DNA from: Chiloscyllium plagiosum
Taxonomy: Eukaryota
Reading direction: 5' to 3'
Length of the DNA stretch: 64,000 bases
Assembly: GCF_004010195.1 (NCBI RefSeq)
Contig: NC_057719.1
Location: forward strand, 91,572,512-91,636,511
Part shown: piece by piece, positions 39,751-52,834 of the stretch
Position numbering within the stretch: the stretch's first letter is position 1
Layout of the letters: the number at the start of each line of letters is the position of its first letter
Program-made: the position numbers and the translations under genes
Notes under the pieces: generated by a model
What the model saw: the letters and a program-made list of their open reading frames with translations, nothing else
Databases searched by the model: none
What the model was told of the DNA's origin: nothing

Positions 39751-40481
39751 GTGTTTAATAATAGTCTGTAATTAGCTTGCACCTGAAGTGTAGCAACAAG
39801 CCTTACAGATATATTACAAATAAATTCTGGTCATAAATTAGCAGCTATTCTTAAGCTATTAATGACCATTGATCAGCTATCAGCTGAAGTATTGTTTTCA
39901 GTACTGGCCACTAACCTCTAGGAAAAGCATCAAAGCCTTGTACAGGGTGCCTCCGAGAAGATTTACTAGAATAAGCCAGGGATGAGGAAACAGTGTTATG
40001 TGCAGAGTCTAGGATGCTGGCATTGGAGATTTAATATGATTGTATTTAAAGTGTATATAACTAAATCACAATTTATCTATTTATATGTAATATAGAACTG
40101 ATGTTATAATTTATAGTAAAGGTTTACTATATAGAATTATATAAAATTATATTAAACACTCATCTCACATTGTGTGGGATTTTAATAGAGTACTTAGGAA
40201 GAAATTCTTGCCGTTGACAGCAAAGTATATAATCAGCTTTAATCAGCGAGAAAAGAGAAGAGGTTTTGCTTCAGCAAATTGTTCGAACTGGACTCTATTG
40301 TCAGGCATGGCAGCACAAATATATTCAAAAGCAATTTCCAAATGGAATTAAACAAACAATTTACTATAAGAAAGCCAGCAGGTTATGAGGAAAGAACTGG
40401 GAATTGAAACTAATTGAATAGCTTTTCCTGAGAGCAGGCGTAGGCAGGATCAGTTGAATGGCCTCTTCTGTACTGTTTAGA

Positions 40482-40938
40482 ATCATAAAATGCCGACAGT
40501 GTGAAAGAAGGCCATTCAGCCTATCAATTCCACACCATCCCTGTGAATAACATCCCATCAAGCCCCACCCTCCTACCCCATCCCGAAAATCCGACATTTA
40601 TTATATAATGTAGGGGAATGGGTCTGGGTGGGTGGGTGCGCTTCGGCGGGTCGGTGTGGACTTGTTGGGCCGAAGGGCCTGTTTCCACACTGTAAGTAAT
40701 CTAATCTAATCTAATCTAATCCACCTAGTCTGTGCAACCCTGGACATTATGGGCAATTTAGCATGGCCAATCTATCTAACCTGCGCACCTTTGGGCTGTG
40801 GGAGGAAACCAGAGCACTTGGAGGAGACCTACGCAGACACGGGCAAACTCCATGCAGACAGTTGACCAAGGATGGAATCAAACTCAGGTCCCTGGTGCTG
40901 TGAGGCAACAGTGCAACCACTGAAACACTATGCTGCCT
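40482..40938 (-). mobile_element. Older HE1-type SINE interrupted by a younger 5'-truncated HE1 in the opposite orientation (~40605-40720, +)
   Basis: Minus-strand head and tail are split by a plus-strand tail ending in (CTAAT)n. Confidence 0.82.
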
Positions 40939-42087
40939 GTTAAACTCTATGATTCCATACCTGTCTGAGAAACCCGGTCAGAGATTAGGTGAGTGTGAAT
41001 TTGCAGTGGTGGAACTTCTTTCTTAAAGCCAAAAGAAGGGGTCTGTTCTCAATGCATACTGCTAGAATGCAGACTACCAAAAATCTAGAGTAGGAAGAAA
41101 TCTGGAAACATATCATACAGGCTGAGAAAACTATGTTCCCAAACTAAAGGTAAACCACATTTATATATAATTTCCTTCCCTTGCTGAAGTATCAGCAGGA
41201 ATAACTCCAGGGAATCACACAGTTTCACTTTACATTACTGACCCACAGTTTATCAAGATCCAAGATTTTCGAATATTGAAATTCTACGGTCTGATCCCAC
41301 TCCCATCCTAAACAATCTCCACTGGTTCAGAACAGCCCAGTGAACGACTTATACCCATTTCTTAATTTATCATCCCACTACCATTTATCACCCTCCAGTC
41401 CTTAACACTGCCCTTGCTTTCTTCTGCTTCACAGTAGCTTAATCGATACTGATGAGATTTATCAGAATGGTACAAGGCATGAGGGATGATGATTAAATGG
41501 AGTAAAAACAAAGTGCTGGACAAACTCAGCAGTTTAGGCTGCATCTGTGGCGGCAGAAAAAGAATCAATGTTCTGACCCAAAGAATCTTCTTTGAGACAG
41601 TTATGCGAAGAGTCTAGAGAAGCTGGGATTCGAGATTTCATTAGCATTCCACAAATGTAGGGTTTTGACTGAAGAGTGATAGAACTTGTCAATACCCGGC
41701 ATGGACTTAAGTAACCTGATAACAAAGGTGTGCCCTCTGGAACTTTCTATCTGGGTCTCTTCTCAGCTACTTTCAACATCACCACAAAACCCTCCTCTTC
41801 AACTGTGTCTTTGGTTCTCTATACTAGCCTCCTATTCTTCAAAAGGATGCTTCACAAGTGCAATTTGTTATCAAATCAAGTGGCAATGTTGTTTCAAAAC
41901 AGCAGCACACAATGCCAGTTACACCAACAGGGTTATATGAAGAAGAGCGAGAGAAGACCCGTGGAGTTCATAAAGATCAGCATCGACAAGATGGACTGAT
42001 AGAGACATTCTGAACTGTCTACTCTATGCAATTCCTTGCATAGATGTTAATAAAGGAGTCAAAATTTAACTGCAGGAAGTTGCAAGG

Positions 42088-44580
42088 GAACATAGAACAT
42101 TACATTGCAGTACAGGCCCTTCGGCCCTTGATGCTGCACCGACCTATGAAATTAATCTTATGCCCATCTAACCTATCCATATGTATGTCTAATGACTATT
42201 TAAATGCCCTTAATGTTGGCGAGTCTACTACTGCTGCAAGCAGGCTGTTCCACACCCCTACGACTCTCTGACTAAAGAAACTACCCCTGATATTTGCCCT
42301 AAATTTATCACCCCTCAGTTTGAAGCTGTGTCCCCTCGTGTTAGCCTTCACTATCTGAGGAAAAAGACTCTCACTGTCCAACCTATCTAACCCTCTGATT
42401 ATCTTATACATCTCAATTAAGTCACATCTCAACCTTCTTCTCTCCAACAAAAACAGCCTCAGTTCCCTCCACCTTTCCTCGTAAGACCTTCCTTCCAAAC
42501 CAGGCAATATCCGAGTAAATCTCCTCTGAATCCTTTCCAAAGCTTCCACACCTTTCCTAGAATGCGATGTATGCAATACTCCAGGTGTGGCCTGAGCAGT
42601 GTCTTGTTCAACTGAAGCATGACCTCATGGCTCTGAAACTCAACTCCCCAAACCAATAAACGCCAACACATCATATGCCTTCTTAACAACCCTATCAACC
42701 TGGGATGTATGCACCTTGACAGAGATCTCTCTATTCATCAACACTACCACGGAATTTACCACTAGCCCAGTACTCTGCATTCCTGTTACCTCTTCCGAAG
42801 TGAACTAGCTCGCACCTTTCTGCATTAAACTCCATTTGCCACATCTCAGCCCAGTTCTGCATCTTATCTATATTCCTCTGTGACCCACAACATCCTTCGG
42901 CACTATCTACAACTCTGTCCAACTTAGTGTCATCAGCAAATTAACTAACCCAACCTTCTACGTCCTCATTCATATCATTTATAAAAATGACAAACAGCAG
43001 TGGCTCCAAAACAGATCCTTGCAGCACACCACTGGTAATTAAGCTCCAGGATGAACATTTATCATCAACCACCACCCTCTGACTTCTTTCAGCTAGCCAA
43101 TTTCTGATCTAAACCACTAAATCACCCTCAATCCTGAAACTCCGTATTTTGTGTAATAGCCTACCGCGTGGCACCTTTCAAACACCTTACTGAAATACAT
43201 ATACACCGCATCAATCGCTTTACTCTCATCCACCTGTTTTGGCACCTTCTTGAAGAACTCAGTAAGGTTAGTGAGGCACAACCTACCCTTCACATGTTGA
43301 CTATCCCTGATCAAAATATTCCTTTCTAGATGATTACAAATCCTATCTCTTATAACCTTTTCCAACACCCTACCCACAACCAAAGTAAGGCTCACTGGCC
43401 TATAATTGTCTTGACTCCCTCCTTAAACAAAGGAACATTTGCTATTCTCCTGCTTTCTGGCACTATTCTTATCAACAATGATGACAGAAAGATCAAACCA
43501 AAGGCTCTGCAATCTCCTCCCTGGCTTCCCAGAGAATCAGAGGATAAATCCCATCCAGCCCAGGAGACTTAGCTATTTTCAGATCTTCCAAAATTGCTAA
43601 AACCGCCTTTTTGTCAACCGCAGTCTCATCTAATCTAGTAGCCTGTATCTCCATGTTCTCACTAACATTGCCCTTTTCTAATGTGAATACTGACAAAAAA
43701 GTATTCATTAAATGCTTTCCCTATGTCCTCAGATACCACACACAACTTCCTACTACGATCTTTGATTGGCCCCAATCTTACTCTAATCATTCTTTTATTC
43801 CTGATATACCTATTTGAAAGCCGTAGAGCTTTCCTTGATCCTATCCGCCAATAACTTCTCATGCCCCTCCTAGCTTTTCTTAGCCCTCTCTTTAGATCTT
43901 TTCTGGCTAACTTATAATTCTCAAGACCCCTAACTGAGCCTTCATGCCTCATCCCCACATAAGCCGCCTTCTTCCTCTTGACAAGAGCTTCAACTTCCTT
44001 TGTAAACCATGGTTCCCTCGCCAGACGACTATCTCTCCGCCTGATAGATATATACTTATCAAGGACCCGCAGTAGCTGTTCCTTGAATAAGCTCCACATT
44101 TCAAGTGTGTCCATCCCCTGCAGTTTCCTTCCCCGTCCTATGCATCCTAAATCTTGCCTAAATGCATCATTATTGTATTTCCCCCGGTTATACCTCTTTC
44201 CCTGCAGTACATATCTATCCCTGCCCATTGCTATTGTAAACATAACCGAATAGTAGTCATTATCGCCAAAGTGCTCACCTACCTCCAAATCTAACATTTG
44301 GTTCATTCCCCAGTACCAAATCCAATATGGCATCGCCCCTTGTTGGCATGTCTTCATACTGTCCTGTTCACAATGGACAAAAACTGACCCATCTAAAGTA
44401 CTTGAACTATAGTATTTCCAGTCAATGTTGGGGAAGTTAAAATCCCCCATAACAACTACTGTTACTCCCATTCCTATCAAGAATCATTTTTGTTATCCTT
44501 TCCTCTACATCCCTGGAACAATTCAGAGGTCTATAGACAACTCCCACCAGGGTGACCTCTCCTTTCCTGTTTCTAACCTC
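42088..44580 (-). mobile_element. CR1 LINE ORF2 (APE-RT to tail), decayed
   Basis: VVVMGDFNFPNIDW, GDNDY, KSPGLDGIYP, RPHLEYCI, FFSQRVVGVWNSL. Confidence 0.92.
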
Positions 44581-44889
44581 TGAGCTTGTCAGACAACCCA
44601 TAAACTGGAAGTTATAATCAAGGAATGGATTGCATACCTTGAAATTGCTTGGACCAGGTTAACAAATTAAAATTAAATGTAGTTTAAAAGCATTAAGGAT
44701 TAACTATAGAGGTGATTGTGATATCACCAATGTTGTCCATAGGGCTTTATGCTCTGCTGTGCAGCACCTCTATTACATTATGAAAATTTAAAGAATTGAC
44801 ACCATCACTTGGGGTGCACAGCAGAAAGACCTATACTAGCAAAGTTATTAGTCTATGAACACATCTCACATAAGGATTACTTACAGCGT

Positions 44890-45235
44890 GTGCCCCAGCA
44901 CAGAGGTATGCACACTCACCTAAGTTCATTGATTCAAGTGATTTCAGAGACATGAGTACAGTAATCTGGACTGACACGCTCCAAAGCTGTGCAGTTGCAC
45001 TGTCAGGATTGCCATCTTTCAGATAAGACATTAAACCAAGGCCCCTTCCACCTTCGCAAGTGAATGTCGAAGATCCCAAAGCACTATTTCGAGGAACAGG
45101 AGAGGAGTTTGTTCCCATGTCCTGGTAACTATTAATGGTTCCAATAGAAGCACTAATGCAAATAGTCTGGTTGCTGCTGTTGAGACCTTGCTGTGAACAA
45201 ACTGCTGCATTTATTACATAACAATCAGAATTCAT
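44890..45235 (+). mobile_element. Deu-domain SINE, diverged
   Basis: gcactgtcaggattgccatctttcagataagacattaaaccaaggcccc...aagatcccaaagcactatttcga...gtcctgg matches the recalled Deu core. Confidence 0.68.
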
Positions 45236-45353
45236 TTGCCTGCAAGATGCTTCGGCAGATGCTGCTGGAACTATTTCGATGCAATTTTTTAAAAAACTTT
45301 CTCTGCCTCAGGTTCAATACACTAAGAAAATCTACTGAAACGAGGAAACTCAC

Positions 45354-45478
45354 ATTCTCAGGTAATGATTGTGCTAGTTCACTATGAGGCATTGGCTCAA
45401 TGCAAAGTAAATGGATCACCTCCCTCAAAGTGACATCATCTTTCTTCACATGGCCCACTCCCGGAACGTACCGCTCCC
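45354..45478 (-). CDS. UBR1: UBR1 coding exon, 125 nt ([42 protein letters not shown])
   Basis: ctctcgag|GG GAG CGG...AAT|gtgag; [12 protein letters not shown] motif also visible in ORF 45225..45458. Confidence 0.95.
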
Positions 45479-46210
45479 CTCGAGAGAAATAAATGCAAAT
45501 TCATTAGATACAGTAACTGCAACAAGTACAGATAAAAGCCAGAACTAACTATAGAATCTTCTGACATGATATCATCAATTAGATCAGAGTTAGTTTTGAA
45601 AGTTTGAGTGCATAAATTAAGTAACATTGTTTCACAAGCTGGAAACTTGCGAACATCAATGAAATCTCTTCATAATTTCTAACATTTCCCTCAATGATTC
45701 CAGAAATATATTTTGTTCAAGTGACTGTTGAAAGGAACGACTGAGTATTGAAGCAATTCATAATGCAAACTTAAAGACCTACAGATTTCAAAACATTACT
45801 CATTGCTTAGTGTTAAAAATGTTGTGATGGCACCAGAAATTCCTTTAGGGTCAGTGCCATCTCTGCTGTAAGCAGATTCTGTGTCTCTGATGATCAGATG
45901 CAGAAACACAGCAACAGGAGAAGGTCATTCAACCTAGAGTCTGATCCAGCACACACTTAGATTGTAGCAGCTGCATACCTCAATTCCATCTAACGACCAG
46001 TCCTTATCATTTAATAGGTTTGCCTTATAAAATTCTACCCAGTATGGATGTGTAAATGCTAATTAACAATCAGCATCCACAGAATTTGCCAGAACATGTT
46101 CCACATTTCCATTATCCTTTGCATGTAGAAGTGATTCCACTCTTAAACAGCTGAGCTTTCATTTTAAAATCCCTCTGCCCAAGTGACAGGAAACAGTTCC
46201 TCCTTTGTGA

Positions 46211-47737
46211 TTTTTGAGAAATATTTGTAGCTCAGGATGTATGTTTGCTCGCTGAGCTGGAAGGTTCGGTTTCAAACGTTTTATCACCATACTAGGTAAC
46301 ATCAGTGAGCCTCCGGATGAAGCACTGGTGGTATGGCCCGCTTTTTATTTGTGTGTTGAGGTTTCGTTGGGTTTGTGATGTCATTTCCTGTTCATTTTCT
46401 CAGGAAGTGGTAAATGGGATCCAAGTCAATATGTTTGTTGATAGAGTTCTGGTTGGAGTGCTATGCTTCTCGAAATTCTCATGCATGCCTCGAGTTTGGT
46501 TTGTCAGAAGATGGATGTGTTGTCCCAGTCGAAGTGGTGTCCTTCCTCATCTGTATGTAAAGTTACCAGTGAGAGTGGGTCATATCTTTTTGCGGCTAGT
46601 TGATGTTCATGTATCCTGGTGGCTAGTTTTCTGCCTGTTTGTCCAATGTAGTGTTTGTTACAGTTCTTGCAAGGTATTTTATGAATGACATTAGTTTTGT
46701 TTGTTGTCTGTAGTCCACAAACCCACCAACACACTAAAACTAATGAACTTGAAGGACCCTATACAGACAACAAGCAAAACTAATGTCATTTACAAAATAC
46801 CTTGCAGGAACTGTAACAAACACAACACTGGACAAACAGGCAGAAAACTAGCCACCAGGATACATGAACATCAATTAGCCACAAACAGACATGATCCATT
46901 ATCACTAGTATCTTTACATATAGATGAGGAAGGACACCACTTCGACTGGGACAACACATCCATCCTAGGACAAGGAGAAAGTGAGGACTGCAGATGGGAG
47001 ATCAGAGCTGAAAAATGTGTTGCTGGAAAAGCACAGCAGGTCAGGCAGCATTCAAGGAGCAGGAGAATCGACATTTTGGGCATAAGCCCTTCTTCAGGAA
47101 TGAGGAGGGTGTGCCAAGCAGGCCAAGATAAAAGGTAGGAGGAGGGACTTGGGGGAGGGGCGTTGGGAATGTGATAGATGGAAGGAGGTTTAGGTGAGGG
47201 TGATAGGCTGGAGAGAGGGTGGGGGCCTATCACCGGCCTATCACCCTCACCTTGACCTCCTTCCACCTATCGCATTCCCAACGCCCCTCCCCCAAGTCCC
47301 TCCTCCCTACCTTTTATCTTAGCCTGCTTGGCAGACCCTCCTCATTCCTGAAGGAGGGCTTATACCCAAAACGTCGATTCTCCTGTTCCTTGGATACTGC
47401 CTGACCTGCTGCGCTTTTCCAGCAACACACTTTTCATCCTTGGACAAGCCAAATAGAGACATGTGCGAGAATTTCGAGAAGCATGGCATTCCAACTGAAC
47501 TCTATCAACAAACACATTTACCACCCCCGAGAAATGACATCACCTTATGAAATGACATCACCAACCCAAGGAAACCTAAACACGTAAATAAAAAGTGGGC
47601 CATACCACAGTGCTTCATCTAGAGGATCACTGATGATATCACCTAGTACGGCGACAAAATGTCTGAAACTGAACCTTCCAGCTCAGCGAGCAAACCTACA
47701 TCCAGAACCTCAACTTGAGCTACAAATCTTCTCAAAG
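46211..47737. mobile_element. Penelope-type element: two GIY-YIG/terminal-repeat arms in inverted orientation
   Basis: Both strands encode TNVIYKIPCxNCNKH(Y/N)(I/T)GQTGRKLATRIHEHQLA...HHFDWDNTSI (ORFs 46504..46734 minus and 46701..47138 plus); both outer ends read gagctacaaat. Confidence 0.9.
46975..47434. mobile_element. Fold-back Penelope-derived element nested in the GIY-YIG arm, 14-bp TSD
   Basis: catcctaggacaag 46961-46974 and catccttggacaag 47435-47448; ~200-bp inverted arms (47011-47211 vs 47233-47434). Confidence 0.88.
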
Positions 47738-47744
47738 CTTACTA

Positions 47745-48210
47745 CTTGTAGCTCAGGTTGTAAGTTTGCTCGCTGAGCTGGAAGGTTCGGTTTCAGACAT
47801 TTTGTCACCATACTAGGTAACATCAGTGGGCCTCCGCTGATCGCAGGTGTTCTGTCCTGCTTTCTATTTGTGTGTCCTGGTCTGACAGTCAACTTTGATC
47901 TCCAGCATCTGCAGACCTCACTTTCTCCTTCTATTTGTGTGTCCTGGTCTGACAGGGTAGGTGATACCATTTTTGGTTCTTTATCTCAGAGGTTGGTAAA
48001 TGTTTTTTTTAAAATCATTTTACCATTTACCAACGTCTGAGAAAAAGGATCAGAAATGATATCACCTACTGTATCAGATCAGGACACATAAGTTGAAAGC
48101 AGGACAGAACACCAGCGCTTCAACGGAGGCCCATTGATGAGGTTACCTAGCATGGTGACAAAACATCAAACAAACCTACCACGTCAGTGAGCAAACTTTC
48201 AACCTGAACA
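47745..48210. mobile_element. Second inverted pair of Penelope terminal repeats
   Basis: 47751-48002 inverted relative to 48022-48208; decayed hammerhead motif in each arm. Confidence 0.8.
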
Positions 48211-48809
48211 GCTTCTCCTTACGTTAAATATTTTCACCAGATCTTGCCTCAATCTTCAAAACTCAAAGGAATACAAGACAAGATTACATAAATTGTTCTT
48301 ATACTGGAAATTTTTAAGGCCCTTTAAGCATTACCATAGCCAAAATATTCTTCTTGGGGAGTGGTAGCCAGAACTGAACACAATGCTCCACATGAGGTCT
48401 GACAAAGATGGTGTACAACTGAAACACATTTTGTTCCCCTTTGTATCCCAAACCATTGAAGAGAAAACCCAACATTCTGTTAGCTTAGTCACTTTTTATA
48501 CACTGCGCATTCGATTTCAGTCGACTGTGCACACCAACACCCAAATGCTTATTTACAATCAGAGTTCCTAGTTTCAGTTCATTAAAACTTTTTTTTTGTT
48601 TTCTCAGATGCTACTTGTCACATCTTGCTCAATAGATAAAACTCCCCCATCTTTATTAGAATTTCCTGCTTCCCAAATAAATAAATGTCACCAAACTAAT
48701 TCTCGCATTTCTGGTCTTATTTTGAGTAACCTTGACACAGAACTAATCAAATGTCTTTTGGTGGTTACCTTCCCAAAGAATTAATTTAGGTTCATCAGAT
48801 AAAGACATT

Positions 48810-50770
48810 GTGCAAGTTAGGAAAAGATGAGGTTTTGGTTAAGAATAAGGAGGAAGCATATGTCAGGTTTAGACAGTAGAGATTGAGTGAATCCATAGAA
48901 GGCTATAAAGTCAGTCGGAGTATACTTAAGAGGAAGTCAGGAGGGCAAAAACGAGACGACATAGCTTCGACAAACAGGGTTGTAAAGAATCCAAAGGGAT
49001 CCGACGTATATATTGAGGTCAAAGGGTAACTAGGGAGACAACAGGGTCCCTTAAAGATCAGCAAGACTGCCTATCTGTGGAACCGCAGGAGATAGGGGAG
49101 ATACTAAATGCGTATTTTGCATCAGTATTTACTGCGGAGAAGGATATGGAAGGTATAGAATTTGGGGAAATAGATGGTGACATCTTGAAAAATGTCCATA
49201 TTACAGAGGAGGTAGTGCTGGATGTCTTGAAATGTATAAAAGTGGATAAATCCCCATGACCTACCAGGTGTACCCTCGAACTCTGTGGGAAGCTCGGGAA
49301 GTGATTGCTGGGGCCCTTGTTGGGCCACTTGCTGAGATATTTGTTTCGTCAATAGTCACAAGTGAGGTGCAGAAGACTGGAGGTTGGCTAACGTTGTGCC
49401 ACTATTTCAGAAAAGTGATAAGGAAAAGCCAGAGAACTATAGACTGGTGAGCCTGACATCAGTGGAGGGCAAGTTGTTGGAGGGAAACCGTAGGGACAGG
49501 ATTTACATGTATTTGGAAAGGCAAGGACTGATTAGGGATAATCAACATGGCATCATGCATGGGAAATCATGTCTCATGAACGTAATTGAGTTTTTTGTAG
49601 TGATGCAGAGGATTGATGAGGGCAGAGCAATGGACATGATCAATATGGATTTCAGTCGGGCATTTAACAAGGTTCCTCATCGTCAGATCACATGGAATAC
49701 AGTAGAACTAGCTATTTGTATACAGAATTAGCTTGAAGATGGGTGACAAGAGGGTGGTGGTGGGGGGTTACATTTCAGACTGGGAGCCTGTGATCAGCTG
49801 TGTGTCACGAGGATCAGTGCTGGGTCCACTGCTTTTCGTCATTTATTTCAATGGTTTTTTTATGCCTAGTAAGTTTGCAGATGACACCAAAATTGGAGGT
49901 GTAGTGAACAGCGAAGGTTACCTCAAAGTATAATAGGATCTTGACCAGATAAGCCAATGGGCCAAGGAGCGGTAGATGGAGTTTAATTTAGATAAATGTG
50001 ATGTTCAGCAGTTTGGAAAATCAAATCTTAGCAGGAATTATACTTAATGGTAAGGTCCTGGACAGTGGTGCTGAACAAGGAGATCTTGGAGTGCAGGTTT
50101 AGCAATCTTTAGAAGTGGAGTCACAGATAGATAGGATAGTGAAGGCAGCATTCGGTATGCTTGCTTTTATTGGTCAGTGCATTCAGCATTGGAGCTGGGA
50201 AGTCATGTTGCAGCTGTACAGGACATTAGTTAGGCAACTATTGAAATATTGCATGCAATTTTGGTCTCCCTGCTGCAGGAAGGATATTGTGAAACTTGAA
50301 AGGGTTCAGAAAAGATTTACAAGGGTTGGACGGTTTCAGGGAGAGGCTGAATAGACTGGGGCTAGCTTCCCTGGAGCGTTGGAGGCTGTGAAGTGACCTT
50401 ATAGAGGTTTATAAAATCATGAGTGGCATGGGTAGGGTAAATAGACATGGCCATTTTGTCAAGGTGAGGGAGTCCAGAACTAGAGGACATAGGTTTAAGG
50501 TGAGAGGGGAAAGATTTAAAAGGATCTGAAGAGGCAATTGTTTTCAAACAAAATATAGTGTATGTATGGAAGGAGCTGCCAGAAGAAGTGGTGGAGGCTG
50601 GTACAATTACAAAATTTAAAACGCATCTGGATGGGTATATGAATGAGATGGGTTTGAGGGGGATATGGGCCAAATGCTGGCAAACGGGCCTAGATTTGTT
50701 TAGGATATCTGGTCAGCATGAACGAGTCAGACCCAAGGGTCTGATTCTGTGCTGTAAATCTCTATGTCTT
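48810..50770 (+). mobile_element. CR1 LINE ORF2 3' two-thirds
   Basis: ANVVPLFQK..PENYRLVSLTSV, MDFSRAFNKVPH, SKFADDTK, WKELPEEVVEAG. Confidence 0.92.
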
Positions 50771-51322
50771 GATCTCATCGCCATCATGATTATGGGAAAG
50801 AGGTCTCTTGAAAGATGCGCTCCCCGGTTAACCTTTTGTTGATCGCTCTTTTCTTTACCCCCTTTGCTCTCCAAGCCTTGGGAGGGTTCATCACATTAAA
50901 GGCAATTTTAAATATATATTTAGGCCTTTCGCCATTCATTTATTATTTTTGTTTCTTTAAGTCTCTCCTCTTTCTTTCCTTTAAACCTGTTGCTGATAAT
51001 CGGTGCTATTCTCCCTCAATGTTTAATCTCTTCCATTTCCTCTCCTTCTTGTGTTACTCTCCTTTATTAAAAAGTCTGTTAGTTGTTCCTTTGTTTTCTG
51101 AAAAAAGATTTCATCAGTAAAAGTTTGGATTCTTTAAGTGAATTTATTATTTTCTAAGTATCAATTGGATATTACTTTCAACTGAATTTATAACAAGTAT
51201 TGCAAACTATATCTGTCCTAACTCTTGCAACTCTGTGTGTTATCTTACATTTCATGGAAATAATTAGCATTGTTGTTGTCCATTTAGATTACACTGTTTC
51301 AGTTAATAAAATGAAGTCTTAC

Positions 51323-51386
51323 CAACCACTATAATGATAAGGTGCAGTAGTTCCTCCACTAGGACATTAGTCTGCTGAATTACATC
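51323..51386 (-). CDS. UBR1: UBR1 coding exon, 64 nt (DVIQQTNVLVEELLHLIIIVV-G)
   Basis: ttgcag|GAT...GTT G|gtaag; phase 0/1, fits the next exon (G|GG = Gly). Confidence 0.92.
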
Positions 51387-52472
51387 CTGCAATAAAGAAA
51401 TGCATGCATATCAAAGTCTCATTCAATTTACCAAGGAATGGAAAGTTAATAAAAAAAGTGCTTGAGAAACTCAACAGGTCTGGCTGCAACTCTGATGAGA
51501 GAAACAATTGGCAATTTGAGTCTGCAAAGAGTCTTCTTCAAAAGACGTTTAATAAAAAGTTAATGCTGCTTTGCTTCAATTCTTGAAGAGCTATTTATCC
51601 AGATCAGTCTGTGAAAACTGCCACTAATTTAATGAGTTAAAACATACAGGGCTGAATTTTCCAGCCACCTGGACTTTCAGAAAGCTGGGTAGGGATTTCA
51701 TTGGGCACTGGCAAAAATTCAGTTTCCTGCTGTTGGGTGATAGTGCTCTTGAGAGGGTCTGAAAACTATGTTTCCTGATTCTCATTGTTAGGAACCTGTT
51801 TTGCATTTATTAGCACGTCATGGATATTCATCAACACTTTCTTGAATGCAAACCATTTAGCCAAAAAACAAAGTCATATGTTCACAATCCCGACCCTACA
51901 TTCAAAGCATATACCTGACAAGTTCTTCAGTTACTAGACTCTATCATAACCAAAAGGTTTTCTTTGTGCAAATACTTATTGTATGAGGGGTGAGTTCTCA
52001 GTGTCAAACAGCTCAGAAGGTCCATTTGATACAATCTGGTTTGTTACTGTTAATCACTTACAATGCAAGAGGGTGAAGGCTGACTAGGTCAGCAAGTTTG
52101 CCCAAGTGAAACATCCATACTGGCTGACATCAGCAAACAGGACTGAACTCCAAAGAGGGATCATCACAAAAGACCATTTTTTTCTGTGGCTGGGTCCTTG
52201 CACTGCAAGCCTTTTGTGAAAACTTACTAGAAATGTGCATATTTTCCTACTTGTGATGAAAGGTCAGTGAGCTGATGATCTGAGATGCTGAGTGTTGTAG
52301 ATCCTTTGATGTTTTCACCCTGAAACCTGGCAGTTGACAGAGTAGTAATATCGTTCTGGTGTCAATAATGATACATTGGTAGCTGCAATGAAGTGACAGA
52401 TGATTGAGACGCCTGGCACCCAATCTCGTGTGACAGTCCTCTACAGCATCAGCCTAACAATGCTAACGCACA

Positions 52473-52663
52473 AAATAAAAATTGAAAGAACTGTGGATGC
52501 TGTAAATCAGAAACAAAAACAAATTGCTTGAAAAGCACAGGTCTGGAAGCATCTGTGGAGAGAAATCAGAGTTAATGCTTCAGGTCAAGTGACCCTTCCT
52601 CAGAACTGATTTCTCTCCACTGATACTGCCAGACCTGCTGTGCTTTTCCAGCTCTGTTTTTGT
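52473..52663. mobile_element. Short fold-back Penelope-derived element with 14-bp TSD
   Basis: aatgctaacgcaca 52459-52472 and aatgctaactcaca 52664-52677; minus-strand AGTT-CTGAGGA-A-GGGTC..GACCT-GAAGC-ATT-AACT. Confidence 0.8.
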
Positions 52664-52834
52664 AATGCTAACTCACACTTTGAGGGGCATGATGTATTGA
52701 GTAGATGAGGATATATGCCCTGGCAGAGCACAGCAAATCATTCATTTGCGAACACACTCCTGTGAAACAGGAGTGTGTTCGCTTGAGCTGCCCACCTCTG
52801 TCTGGGCTAACTTTGTCAGTCACATGGCCTCACT

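Noticed and set aside
46504..47138. Functional GIY-YIG nuclease gene
   Set aside because: Both copies are truncated, lack RT, and one is interrupted by an insertion.
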